NCBI GenBank assembly: GCA_965220825.1 | Contig: OZ244839.1 | Coordinates: 3,077,280-3,141,279 of the forward strand | Origin: Alphaproteobacteria bacterium | GTDB lineage: Bacteria; Pseudomonadota; Alphaproteobacteria; UBA828 | Reading direction: 5' to 3' | Length of the DNA: 64,000 nucleotides | Part shown: piece after piece, positions 9,740 to 22,986 of the stretch | How positions within the stretch are numbered: the stretch's first letter is position 1 | How the letters are laid out: the number at the start of each line of letters is the position of its first letter | The notes under the pieces: generated by a model | The model's database searches: none | What the model was told of the DNA's origin: nothing | What the model saw: only the letters and a program-made list of their open reading frames with translations | Position numbers and translations under genes: made by a program

Positions 9740-11275
9740 CTACAAGGATTGCAGAACCAGCAGGGCGGCGAGCAGGGCGGCGATGGCGGCGAGCAGGGTG
9801 TGGAGTATGAGGCGGCCGCGCCCCTTCCGCGTCCGCATCCCCGCGCCGGCGCTTGGCTCGACGTCCCGCTCGAGCCTCTCGAGCACCCGTTCCGCGCGCG
9901 TGGCGAGGCGGGGCAGCCGGTGAATGGTCTCGAGCGTCTCGGCGAACGCACTGCGCAGGAGCGCCGCCGGTCCCAGATTCTCGCGCGCCCAATCCTCGAT
10001 CAGCGGCCGGGCGAAGACCCACATGTTGCGATCCGGCGTGAGCCGGCGCGAGAGCCCCTCGGCCATGAGCATGGTCTTTTGCAGCAGGAGAAGCTGCGGT
10101 TGGGTCTCCATTTCGAACGCCTCGGTAGTACGAAAGAGCTGCGCCAGCAGGCGCGCCATGGAGATTTCGTTGAGCGGCTTGCCGAGAATCGGCTCGCCGA
10201 TGGCGCGCAGGGCCTGGACGAACGCCGCCTTGGACTTGTCGCGGGACACGTAGCCCGCCTCGAAATGCACATCGGCGATGCGTTCGTAGTCGCCGGCGAG
10301 GAAGCCCAGCAGCATTTCCGCGAGATAGCGCCGCGTATGGCGGTCGAGCCGGCCCATAATGCCGAAATCGACAGCGGCGACCGCACCGTCCGGCTGCACC
10401 ATGAGGTTGCCGGGATGAAGATCGGCGTGGAAGAAGCCGTCGCGAAAGACCTGGAGAAAGAACGCCTTTGCGGCCTTGCTGGAGACGTCCTCCGGGTCGT
10501 GTCCGGCTGCGATCAACGCTTCCCTCTCGTCGATGGGAGCACCTTCCACGCGCGCGAGAGTCATCACGCGGCGGCCGGTGCGCTCCCAGTCCACCGCCGG
10601 GACGATGAAGTCCGGGTCGTCGGCGAAGTTCCGTCCGAGTTCGGCCGCGGCGGCGGCCTCGAAGCGGAGATCCATCTCCATCCGGACGCTCTCGGCGAGG
10701 GTCCCGATGGCGTCCACCGGGCGCAGCCGCCGCCAGGCCGGCAGAGCCTGCTCGGCGAGTTCGGCGAGCCAGTAGAAGAGTTCCAGATGGCTCTCCACCG
10801 CGCGCTCCACGCCGGGCCGCAGGATCTTGACGGCGACCGGCTCGCCCGACGCGGTGACGGCGAGGTGCACCTGCGCGATAGAGGCCGCCGCGACCGGCTC
10901 GTCGTCGAAGGAGCGGAAGAGCGCGTCCACCGGACGGCCGAACTCGGTTTCGACGATGGCGCGCGCGTCCCTCGCGCTGAAGGGCGGGAGGCGGTCCTGC
11001 AAGTCGGAGAGATCGGCGGCAATGTCCTCGCCCACCAGGTCCGGGCGGGTGGAAAGCGCCTGGCCGAACTTGACGAAGGTGGGCCCGAGCGCCTGCAGTG
11101 CCGCGGCGAGCCGCTGCCCGGGCCTGCCGAGCCCGCGCTTGCGGGGCGCGAGGCCGGCGGCGAGAGTCACCGCCGGCACCAGGCGGTGATCGCTCAGCAG
11201 GAAGAGCGCATCGTAGCGTCCCAAAATCCAGGCGATGCGCAGCAGCCGCCCGATATTTCTGAGCGCTCGGCGCAT
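9740..11275 (-). CDS. ubiB: ubiquinone biosynthesis regulatory protein kinase UbiB (ABC1/AarF family)
   Basis: 511 aa from MRRALRNIGRLLRIAWILGRY. ABC1 kinase blocks (VAVKILRPG, HADLHPGNL, DFGIMGRLD) and C-terminal TM helix. Immediately downstream of ubiE. Confidence 0.85.
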   Translation of the reverse strand: MRRALRNIGRLLRIAWILGRYDALFLLSDHRLVPAVTLAAGLAPRKRGLGRPGQRLAAALQALGPTFVKFGQALSTRPDLVGEDIAADLSDLQDRLPPFSARDARAIVETEFGRPVDALFRSFDDEPVAAASIAQVHLAVTASGEPVAVKILRPGVERAVESHLELFYWLAELAEQALPAWRRLRPVDAIGTLAESVRMEMDLRFEAAAAAELGRNFADDPDFIVPAVDWERTGRRVMTLARVEGAPIDEREALIAAGHDPEDVSSKAAKAFFLQVFRDGFFHADLHPGNLMVQPDGAVAAVDFGIMGRLDRHTRRYLAEMLLGFLAGDYERIADVHFEAGYVSRDKSKAAFVQALRAIGEPILGKPLNEISMARLLAQLFRTTEAFEMETQPQLLLLQKTMLMAEGLSRRLTPDRNMWVFARPLIEDWARENLGPAALLRSAFAETLETIHRLPRLATRAERVLERLERDVEPSAGAGMRTRKGRGRLILHTLLAAIAALLAALLVLQSL

Positions 11276-11285
11276 GAGGGCTGGA

Positions 11286-12068
11286 TCAGATGCGCCAGCC
11301 CGAATGGAGCGCCGCGATGCCGGCGGAAAGCCGGCGGACGCGGACGCCGCCGAAGCCCGCCTGGCTGAGCATGGTGGCGAACCGCTCCGGTGGGGGGAAG
11401 GTTCGTATGCTCTCCACCAGATAGGCGTAGGCGTCCCGCTGGCCGGTGAGCATGGCGCCGAGGGACGGAATAACGCCGAAGGAATAGATGTCGTACAGCC
11501 GGTCGAGACCGGGCGGTGGGTGGGGAGCGAATTCGAGACAGAGGAAACGCCCCCCGGGCCGCAGCACCCGCCGGGCCTCGGCCAGCGCGCGGTCGATGCG
11601 GGCCACGTTGCGGATACCGAAGGCGATGGTATAGGCGTCCATGCTGCGCGAACGCAGCGGCAGCGCCTCCGCATCGCCCACCATCCACTTGACGGCGCCG
11701 AGATGCCCATCGTTCCAGAAGCGGTCGCGCCCCGTCTCGACCATGGCCGGGCTCGCGTCGCAGATCAGGATTCTGCCATCGCCGCCGATGCGTTCGAAAA
11801 CGCGGCGCGCGATGTCGCCGGTGCCGCCGGCGGCGTCCAGCAGGGCGAGGCCCGGACGGGGATCGAGCCAGTCCACCATCTCGCGCTTCCACAGGCGGTG
11901 GACGCCGCCGCTCATCAGGTCGTTCATCAGATCGTAGCGATGGGCGACGCGACCGAAGAGATCGCGGACCAGGTCCGGCTTCTCGTCCGCGGCCACGCGT
12001 CGATAACCGAACCAAGTGTTTTCGGAAGCGTCCTGTTCGCCGTGCGCAGAACCCATGGCGCGGACCAT
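11286..12068 (-). CDS. ubiE: ubiquinone/menaquinone biosynthesis C-methyltransferase UbiE
   Basis: 260 aa. THFGF-like start (TWFGYRRV), SAM-binding LLDAAGGTGD, PGGRFLCLEF block. Confidence 0.9.
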   Translation of the reverse strand: MVRAMGSAHGEQDASENTWFGYRRVAADEKPDLVRDLFGRVAHRYDLMNDLMSGGVHRLWKREMVDWLDPRPGLALLDAAGGTGDIARRVFERIGGDGRILICDASPAMVETGRDRFWNDGHLGAVKWMVGDAEALPLRSRSMDAYTIAFGIRNVARIDRALAEARRVLRPGGRFLCLEFAPHPPPGLDRLYDIYSFGVIPSLGAMLTGQRDAYAYLVESIRTFPPPERFATMLSQAGFGGVRVRRLSAGIAALHSGWRI

Positions 12069-12164
12069 ATCCCAGCCTTTTGGGGCGCGCCATGCCGCCT
12101 TTGGACGCGCTTCCCTTACCAAGAAACCGTCGTTTCCCGGGCGCCGGGCCGGTACAGTCGCGCC

Positions 12165-12989
12165 ATGCCGGAACTGCCTGAAGTGGAGACCGTTCGCCGG
12201 GGGCTCGCCCAGCGCCTCGCGGGGCGCCGGATCGTCCGCGTCATCGTGCGCCGGCGCGACCTCCGGCGGCCCATTCCGCGGGGCTTTGAGGGCGCGCTGG
12301 AGGGGCGGCGGATCGGCGCGTTCGGGCGGCGGGGAAAATATCTGCTCGCCCATCTGGAGGGGGCGCGCGTGCTTATCGTCCATCTCGGCATGTCCGGGCG
12401 CCTCGCGGTGGTCGAGACCGCGAGCGGCAACCCGCACGAGCATGTGCTCTTTTGCTTTGATGACGGGGCGGTTCTGAGCTTCACCGACCACCGCCGCTTC
12501 GGCTCGATGGACATCGCCGATGAAGGCACGCTCTCGGGCCACGCGCTTTTTCGCCATATGGGGCCGGAGCCGCTCTCGGAGGGGTTTACGGGCGTGCTTC
12601 TGGCCGAACGCCTTCGCGGCAAGAAGACCCCCGTCAAGGCCGCGCTGCTGGACCAGCGCGTGGTCGCGGGGCTCGGCAACATCTATGTCTGCGAGGCGCT
12701 CTATTATGGCGGCGTGAGCCCCCGGCGCAGCGCCCACACGGTGCAGGGCGCGCGCGCGGCGCGGCTCGCCGTCGCGATCCGCGAGGTGCTCGACGCGGCA
12801 ATCGAGGCCGGCGGGTCGAGCCTCAGGGACTATGTTCAGGCGTCGGGCGAGCTCGGCTACTTCCAGCACCGTTTCGCGGTCTACGACCGGCTGGGCCGAC
12901 CATGCCCGGGATGCGATTGCGGCGGCGGCGTGCGGCGCATGGTGCAGAGCGGGCGCTCCACCTTCTATTGCGCGAAGCGCCAGCGATAG
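12165..12989 (+). CDS. mutM: formamidopyrimidine-DNA glycosylase (Fpg/MutM)
   Basis: N-terminal MPELPEVETV (catalytic Pro2/Glu3), H2TH region, C-terminal zinc finger CPGCDCGGGVRRMVQSGRSTFYC. Divergent from ubiE, a common arrangement. Confidence 0.9.
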   Translation: MPELPEVETVRRGLAQRLAGRRIVRVIVRRRDLRRPIPRGFEGALEGRRIGAFGRRGKYLLAHLEGARVLIVHLGMSGRLAVVETASGNPHEHVLFCFDDGAVLSFTDHRRFGSMDIADEGTLSGHALFRHMGPEPLSEGFTGVLLAERLRGKKTPVKAALLDQRVVAGLGNIYVCEALYYGGVSPRRSAHTVQGARAARLAVAIREVLDAAIEAGGSSLRDYVQASGELGYFQHRFAVYDRLGRPCPGCDCGGGVRRMVQSGRSTFYCAKRQR

Positions 12990-13058
12990 GGTATCACGCG
13001 GCGCCCGGCGGCCTCGCCGCCGTTCCAGCCGCGCTCATCGTCCGATGGAGAAGAAGAG

Positions 13059-13832
13059 ATGGCGTACGAGACTATCGTCGTCGACCGTCGCGGTCGCGTC
13101 GGATTGATAACCTTGAACCGGCCCAAAGCGCTGAACGCGCTGAACGCCGCCCTTGTACGCGAGTTGAATGACGCGCTCGACGGCTTCGAAGCCGACGACG
13201 AGATCGGCGCAGTGGTGATCACCGGGAGCGAGAAGGCCTTCGCGGCCGGTGCCGATATAACCGAGATGCGGGATCTGGGTTTTTCCCAGGCCTATGCGAC
13301 CGATTTCATTGCTCCCTGGCACCGCGTGACGGCCTGTCGAAAACCCGTCGTCGCGGCCGTGGCGGGCTATGCGCTCGGCGGCGGGTGCGAACTCGCCATG
13401 ATGTGCGATATCGTCATCGCTTCCGACACGGCGAAGTTCGGCCAGCCGGAGATCAAGCTCGGCGTCATCCCGGGCGCCGGCGGAACCCAGCGGCTCACCC
13501 GCGCCATCGGCAAGTCCAAGGCCATGGAAATGATCCTGACCGGGCGCATGATGGACGCCGAGGAGGCGGAGCGAAGCGGGTTGGTGAGCCGGGTCGTGCC
13601 GGTCGACGACCTCCTCGACGAGGCGATGAAGGTCGGCGAGCGCATCGCGCACTTCTCCATGCCCGTGGTGGCGTTGGCGAAGGCGAGCGTCAACCGCGCC
13701 TTCGAGACCACCCTCGCAGAGGGCGTGCTCTATGAGCGGGCGGCGTTCTACTCCGCCTTTGCGACCGACGACCAGAAGGAGGGGATGGACGCCTTCGTCG
13801 AGAAGCGTGAGCCCGCCTTCGCCAACCGCTAG
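13059..13832 (+). CDS. enoyl-CoA hydratase (crotonase family)
   Basis: 257 aa, [29 protein letters not shown]..., oxyanion-hole blocks [18 protein letters not shown] and typical crotonase fold length. Confidence 0.85.
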   Translation: MAYETIVVDRRGRVGLITLNRPKALNALNAALVRELNDALDGFEADDEIGAVVITGSEKAFAAGADITEMRDLGFSQAYATDFIAPWHRVTACRKPVVAAVAGYALGGGCELAMMCDIVIASDTAKFGQPEIKLGVIPGAGGTQRLTRAIGKSKAMEMILTGRMMDAEEAERSGLVSRVVPVDDLLDEAMKVGERIAHFSMPVVALAKASVNRAFETTLAEGVLYERAAFYSAFATDDQKEGMDAFVEKREPAFANR

Positions 13833-13843
13833 AGCGGCCTTCG

Positions 13844-13871
13844 TTGACGCGCGTTGCGGGCGTGATATAAG
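13844..13871 (+). promoter_or_regulatory. candidate sigma70 promoter for rpsT (TTGACG-N16-TATAAG)
   Basis: TTGACG at 13844-13849 and TATAAG at 13866-13871 with 16-nt spacer, about 50 nt upstream of the rpsT ATG. Confidence 0.45.
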
Positions 13872-13921
13872 GCGGCACCGCGATCCGGGCGGCTTTGAAA
13901 ACGCAGAGAGAGAACAGTCAC

Positions 13922-14191
13922 ATGGCGCATTCCCTTCAGGCCAGGAAGCGGGTTAGGCAGAACAAGCGCCGCGCGGCCACCAACCGCGCTCGCATCTCGC
14001 GGATCCGTACCTTCATCCGCCGGGTCGAAGAGGCGATCGCGAGCGGCGACAGGGCGCGCGCCGAACAGGCTCTGCGCGAGGCCCAGCCCGAGATCATGCG
14101 CGGGGTGACGAAGTCCGTGCTGCACCGGCGAACGGCTTCACGCCGGGTTTCCGTGCTCGCGCGGCGCGTGAACGCACTCTCCGACGCCTGA
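13922..14191 (+). CDS. rpsT: 30S ribosomal protein S20
   Basis: [39 protein letters not shown]... classic S20. Chosen start is the second in-frame ATG. Confidence 0.85.
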   Translation: MAHSLQARKRVRQNKRRAATNRARISRIRTFIRRVEEAIASGDRARAEQALREAQPEIMRGVTKSVLHRRTASRRVSVLARRVNALSDA

Positions 14192-14555
14192 CGGAAACCG
14201 TCGGCCAAACCGGCCGATTCCGGCATTTTGCGCCTTTTCCGGCACCGCTCAATCGATTGCGTGCCGTCCTTCACAGAAGCCGCCAGCGGTGCGGCCCGCG
14301 AATCTTTTTTGTGTTCCGCTTTCGAACCCGTTGTCAGCCCTTTCGCCGCTCATTAATCTGATCGTCATGAGGACGCCGGGGCGTTTCGCACCGGCGAAAT
14401 CAAAAGGCGGTAGTTTCGAGGCGGTACTTTCGAGGATGTGGGCGTCGCGGCGCGGCTCCGCCGGACCGTGACGAGCGAGACCAATCGCGCCGCTTCCGGG
14501 AGGCCGCCGCGGCAGGCGCGAAGGTGTCGGAGGAGGGGCCTCACGTGGAGCACTC

Positions 14556-16049
14556 GTGCGACGGTGCCCCGATGCGGATTGCGGCATCCCCCAGATTGCG
14601 CGGCCTCGTGACCGCGCGCTTTGCTACCGAAGCCTGACCTTGCCCGCCGCCCGACCCTCGCAGAATGCCAACCCCGCATGGGAGCGGATCCGCACACGCC
14701 TGCGCGCCGAGCTCGGAGACAACATCTTTTCGAGCTGGCTTGCACCGCTGACCTTCGATCGCATTGAAAACGGAAGGGTGGAGCTCTCCGCCCCGACACC
14801 TTTCGTGCGTGACTGGGTGGCGTCGCACTATGCGCATCGCATCCGCGAACTTTGGGCGCTCGAGCAGGAGGGCGTCACGACTGTCGACATCGCCGTGGGA
14901 ACGAATGCCCCCGCCGCTCGCCGTTCCGGTTCCGCACCCGCGAGGGCCCGCGGTGGAAGAGGATTGGCCGTCGGCCCATCCTCGGACGCGGAGCGGTCCG
15001 GCGAAGTGGCGAACGCGGGTTCGCCGCTCAACGGGCGCCTCACCTTTCGCGAGTTCGTGGTCGGCAAGCCAAACGAGTTCGCTTACGCCGCGGCCTTGCG
15101 GGTGGCGGAGGCCGATCGTCCTCCGTTCAACCCGCTCTACATCTACAGCGGAGTCGGCCTCGGCAAGACCCACCTCATCCATGCCATCGCCTGGCGGGTG
15201 CAGGAGAGCAACCCCAACCGGCACGTCCTCTATTTGTCCGCCGAGAAGTTCATGTACCACTTCGTGCGGGCGGTCCGGTACAAGGACACGATGGCCTTTA
15301 AGAACTATTTCCGCTCTGTCGACGTGCTGATGATCGACGATGTCCAGTTCATCTGCGGCAAGGACAGTACCCAGGAAGAGTTTTTCCACACCTTCAACGC
15401 ATTGGTGGATCACAACCGCCAGGTGGTAATCGCGGGCGACCGCCCGCCGTCCGATCTGGATGGAATGGAGGAGCGGCTGCGCTCGCGCCTCGGATGGGGG
15501 CTGGTCGCCGATATCCACCCCACCACCTATGAGCTCCGGCTCGGCATCCTTCAGTCGAAGGCGGAGGCCCTGGGCCTCGCCGGCGCTCCGAGGAGCGTGT
15601 TCGAATATCTCGCGCGCCGCATCACCTCCAATGTGCGCGAACTGGAGATGGCGCTGCTGCGCGTCGCTCACCACGCGACATATTTGAATGCGCCGGTGAC
15701 ACTGGAGATGACCCAGGAGGTCATGCGCGATGTGCTGCGAAGCTCCACCCGGCGCGTTACCATAGAGGAAATACAGCGGCGGGTGGCCGAGCATCACAAC
15801 ATCAAATATTCGGAAATGATGTCCAACCGGCGCGCCCGTGCCGTCGCGCGCCCGCGTCAGATGGCGATGTATCTTGCCAAGCAGCTAACGGGGCGCTCGC
15901 TGCCGGAGATCGGCCGCAAGTTCGGCGGGCGCGACCACACCACGGTGATGCACGCCGTGCGCCGGATCGAAGACCTGATGGCGAAGGACGTCGCTATCGA
16001 GGAAGACGTCAAGCTGCTGCGCCGCAGGATCGAAGAGGGAGACGGCTAG
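14556..16049 (+). CDS. dnaA: chromosomal replication initiator protein DnaA (start uncertain; alternative TTG at 14640)
   Basis: W..I..RLRAELGDNIFSSWLAPL N-terminal motif, AAA+ Walker A GVGLGKTHL, Walker B LMIDDVQF, C-terminal DNA-binding helix (RDHTTVMHAVRRIE). Confidence 0.9.
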   Translation: MRRCPDADCGIPQIARPRDRALCYRSLTLPAARPSQNANPAWERIRTRLRAELGDNIFSSWLAPLTFDRIENGRVELSAPTPFVRDWVASHYAHRIRELWALEQEGVTTVDIAVGTNAPAARRSGSAPARARGGRGLAVGPSSDAERSGEVANAGSPLNGRLTFREFVVGKPNEFAYAAALRVAEADRPPFNPLYIYSGVGLGKTHLIHAIAWRVQESNPNRHVLYLSAEKFMYHFVRAVRYKDTMAFKNYFRSVDVLMIDDVQFICGKDSTQEEFFHTFNALVDHNRQVVIAGDRPPSDLDGMEERLRSRLGWGLVADIHPTTYELRLGILQSKAEALGLAGAPRSVFEYLARRITSNVRELEMALLRVAHHATYLNAPVTLEMTQEVMRDVLRSSTRRVTIEEIQRRVAEHHNIKYSEMMSNRRARAVARPRQMAMYLAKQLTGRSLPEIGRKFGGRDHTTVMHAVRRIEDLMAKDVAIEEDVKLLRRRIEEGDG

Positions 16050-16324
16050 CCCCCCACCCGGTACGCGGCCCGCATCACGCATGAGTCCCGCCTCGGTGCA
16101 TGCCGGGCGTCGCAGCGGCGGGTGGGAGGTGGCTTTCACGTCGGCGCCGCGCTGCAACCCGGCGCGGACCGGGCCCACGGGGCGGGCGGAAAAGTCTGCG
16201 GCGGTGGCCCGTTGTTGGCTATAATCTATATTGTCGATTCATTCGCGCGAGAGCGTCGAGCCTTGCGCGAAGAACGAAGGGCTGGCCACGCCGGCCGCCG
16301 GCACTGAACGGGTGGCGATCGGGT

Positions 16325-17452
16325 ATGAAACTGACCATGGAACGTTCCGCGCTTCTGGGCTCGCTGGCGCATGTCCAGAGCGTTGTGGAGCGCCGCAACA
16401 CCATTCCCATCCTCAACAATGTCCGCATGGATGCGGATGGGAACGACCGCATCCGCCTGACGGCGACGGATCTCGACCTCGCCATGGTCGAGGGCGCACT
16501 GGCAGGCGTCGAGCAGGGCGGCGGTGCGACGGCGCCCGCACACACCCTCTACGATATCGTGCGGAAGCTCCCGGCAGGCGCGCAGGTCTCCCTCTCGCTC
16601 GATGCGGAGGCGGGACGCCTCGAACTCCGCTCGGGCCGCTCGACCTTCACGCTGTCCTGCCTGCCGCTCGAGGATTTTCCGGCCGTTGCGGATGGGGAGT
16701 TTCCCCACGCCTTTTCCATCCCCGCTAACGACCTCAAGCGGCTCATCGACAAAGCCCGCTTTGCCATGTCGACCGAGGAAACGCGCTATTACCTGAACGG
16801 AATTTACCTCCATCCGGCGGTCTCCGAGGGCAGCGGCGAGAGCAAGCTCCGGGCGGTCGCGACCGACGGGCATCGCTTGGCGCTTGTCGATGTCCCGCTG
16901 CCCGAGGAGGCGGCGGGCTTGCCGGGTCTCATCATCCCCCGCAAGACCGTGACGGAGGTGTACAAGCTGATCGAGGAAGACGAGTCGTCCGTCGCCGTCG
17001 CGGCGTCGGAGACCCAGATCCGCTTCACCGTCGGCGAGGTGGTCTTCACCTCGAAGCTGATCGACGGCACGTTTCCCGATTACGAGCGCGTAATACCGCG
17101 CGGCAACGACAATCTGCTGGCTCTCGGGAAGGAAGAGTTTTCGGACGCGATCGACCGGGTTTCCACGATCAACGCGGATCGCAGCGGCGGGGTGAAGCTC
17201 GCCGTCGCGCAGAACGGCGTGACTCTCACGGCCGGTAGCGCCGATACGGGCAAGGCGAGCGAGGAGTTGGAAGCGCGCTACGATGCCGCGCCGTTCGAGG
17301 TGGGCTTCAACGCCCGCTACATTCTCGACGTGGCCGGGACGATCGAAGGCGACCAGATCCAGCTCTTCTTCGCGGACGCCGGCTCGCCGGCTCTGGTGAA
17401 GGACCCGGAGGATCCCGGCGTGCTTCATGTCGTCATGCCGATGCGCGTCTAG
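16325..17452 (+). CDS. dnaN: DNA polymerase III beta sliding clamp
   Basis: MKLTMERSALLGSLAHVQSVVERRNTIPILNNVRMDADG..., 375 aa, three-domain beta-clamp. Follows dnaA as usual. Confidence 0.9.
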   Translation: MKLTMERSALLGSLAHVQSVVERRNTIPILNNVRMDADGNDRIRLTATDLDLAMVEGALAGVEQGGGATAPAHTLYDIVRKLPAGAQVSLSLDAEAGRLELRSGRSTFTLSCLPLEDFPAVADGEFPHAFSIPANDLKRLIDKARFAMSTEETRYYLNGIYLHPAVSEGSGESKLRAVATDGHRLALVDVPLPEEAAGLPGLIIPRKTVTEVYKLIEEDESSVAVAASETQIRFTVGEVVFTSKLIDGTFPDYERVIPRGNDNLLALGKEEFSDAIDRVSTINADRSGGVKLAVAQNGVTLTAGSADTGKASEELEARYDAAPFEVGFNARYILDVAGTIEGDQIQLFFADAGSPALVKDPEDPGVLHVVMPMRV

Positions 17453-17483
17453 TTGGGTGGCGGCGTCGCCCTCTCGCGCCGCC

Positions 17484-21099
<3,616 letters not shown>

Positions 21100-21123
21100 G
21101 CCCAGGCCACCCATTTTCGCTCC

Positions 21124-22986
21124 ATGGCAGCGAAGCGCCGCACCCCGGCCCGAGCCAAGCCGAAACGATCCGACGGGGCGAACCCGCGGAAGAAGCCCGC
21201 AGCGGGCGGCGCGCGCGCGAAGCGGGGCGGCCCGTTGCGCACCCTCAAATGGGGGTTCGTCGTCGTGCTGTGGCTTGCCCTTATCGCTGCCGGCTTCGTC
21301 GGCTATTACGGGCACGACCTCCCGGACACCGACCGGCTCGCCGCCCCGGTCACGCCGCGCTCCGTCTCCGTCCTGGCGGCCGATGGCTCCGAGATCGCGA
21401 ACTATGGCGAGATGTGGGGCGAGCTGGTGCCGGTTTCGGAGATGGCGCCCGCGCTGCCCCAGGCGGTGCTCGCCATAGAAGACCGGCGCTTTTTCGAACA
21501 TGGCGGCGTTGATGCGTTCGGCGTGATTCGCGCCGCTTGGCGGAACGCGGTGGAGGGCCGCCTCGCCGAGGGCGGCAGCACCATCTCGCAACAGCTTGCG
21601 AAGCTCGTGTTCCTCTCGCCGGAACGCAGCGTGAAGCGCAAGATCCAGGAAGCGATGCTGGCCTTCTGGCTGGAACGCACCTTCTCCAAGGAGGAAATCC
21701 TCACCATCTACATGAACCGCGCCTATTTCGGTGCGGGCGCCTACGGTGTGGACGCCGCGGCGCGCCGCTATTTCGGCCGCACGGCGCGTGACGTGACCCT
21801 TCCCCAGGCGGCCATGATCGCCGGGCTGCTCAAGGCGCCGTCCCGCTACAGCCCGGCCGGCGATCCGGAACGTGCCAAGGCCCGCGCCCGCGTCGTGCTT
21901 GACGCCATGGTGGACGCGGGCTTCCTCGAGAAGCGGCATGCGGCGGATGCGCGCGGGGCGCTGGAGCGGCTCAAGCCCTTCCGTGTCAACGCCCATCAGC
22001 CGGGCCATTTTGCGGATTGGGTGCTGGAGCAGTTCCCGGGCTTCGTGGGCGAGGGCCATGGCACGGTGCGCGTTCGCACCACGCTCCGGCCTGCGCTCCA
22101 GAAGGCTGCGGAGACGGCGGTCGCGGAAACCCTGCGCAAGGCGGGCAAGGCGAGACGTATCGGCGAGGCGGCGCTGGTCGCGCTCGATCCCGAGGGCGCG
22201 GTCGTTGCCATGGTGGGTGGGCGGGACTACCGGAAGAGCCAGTTCAACCGGGCGACGCAGGCCAGGCGGCAGCCGGGTTCGGCCTTCAAGACGGTGGTCT
22301 ATCTGGCGGCGGTGGAGGCGGGAATCGCGCCCGACGACAGGGTAGAGGATGCGCCGATCACCCTCGCCGGCTGGTCACCCCGCAACTATGACGGCAAATT
22401 CCGGGGGCTCGTGACGGTGCGGGAGGCCTTCGCCTATTCCATCAACACCGTCGCCGTCCGAATGAGCCAGAAGGCGGGCGTGAAGCGCATAAGGGCGACC
22501 GCGCAGAGGCTCGGCATCGAGAGCGACCTGCCGGCGGATGCGAGCCTCTCGCTCGGTACCGGCGAGGTGACGCTGATCGAGCTCACCGCGGCTTATACTG
22601 CGCTCGCCAACGGCGGTATCCGTGTGCTTCCTCACGGGATCGCCGAAATCCGCGACCGCTCCGGGCAGCTCCTCTATGGCCGCTCCGGCTCCGGTGCGGG
22701 CCGGGTGATCGGAGGAGGGGCGCTCGCCGTCATGCGGGACCTGCTCTCCGCCGCCGTGGCGGAGGGCACCGGCCGCAATGCCGCGCTCGCCGGTCCCCAC
22801 GGCCCGGGCTACGGCAAGACCGGCACCAGCCAGCGCTTCCGCGACGCCTGGTTCGTGGGATGGGCGGGCGATCTCACCGTAGGCGTCTGGCTCGGCAACG
22901 ACGATGGCGAAGCCATGGATGGCGTGACGGGCGCCGGCGCGCCGGCGGAACTCTGGCGCGACTTCATGGAAAGCGCGCTGCGCTGA
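21124..22986 (+). CDS. class A penicillin-binding protein (transglycosylase + transpeptidase)
   Basis: N-terminal TM anchor. GT51 motifs EDRRFFEHGGVD and GGSTISQQLAK. Transpeptidase SxxK (SAFK), SxN (SIN), KTGT. Confidence 0.8.
   Translation: MAAKRRTPARAKPKRSDGANPRKKPAAGGARAKRGGPLRTLKWGFVVVLWLALIAAGFVGYYGHDLPDTDRLAAPVTPRSVSVLAADGSEIANYGEMWGELVPVSEMAPALPQAVLAIEDRRFFEHGGVDAFGVIRAAWRNAVEGRLAEGGSTISQQLAKLVFLSPERSVKRKIQEAMLAFWLERTFSKEEILTIYMNRAYFGAGAYGVDAAARRYFGRTARDVTLPQAAMIAGLLKAPSRYSPAGDPERAKARARVVLDAMVDAGFLEKRHAADARGALERLKPFRVNAHQPGHFADWVLEQFPGFVGEGHGTVRVRTTLRPALQKAAETAVAETLRKAGKARRIGEAALVALDPEGAVVAMVGGRDYRKSQFNRATQARRQPGSAFKTVVYLAAVEAGIAPDDRVEDAPITLAGWSPRNYDGKFRGLVTVREAFAYSINTVAVRMSQKAGVKRIRATAQRLGIESDLPADASLSLGTGEVTLIELTAAYTALANGGIRVLPHGIAEIRDRSGQLLYGRSGSGAGRVIGGGALAVMRDLLSAAVAEGTGRNAALAGPHGPGYGKTGTSQRFRDAWFVGWAGDLTVGVWLGNDDGEAMDGVTGAGAPAELWRDFMESALR

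Noticed and set aside
11235-12164. Long plus-strand ORF 11235..12989 as a single 584-aa protein
   Set aside because: Only the C-terminal 274 aa (from MPELPEVETV at 12165) form MutM. The upstream part is antisense to ubiE and low-complexity.
14192-14555. Possible oriC with DnaA-box cluster between rpsT and dnaA
   Set aside because: Reading both strands I found no TTATCCACA or close 8/9 variants. In many Alphaproteobacteria oriC lies near hemE rather than dnaA. Only AT-rich patches are noted as a finding.
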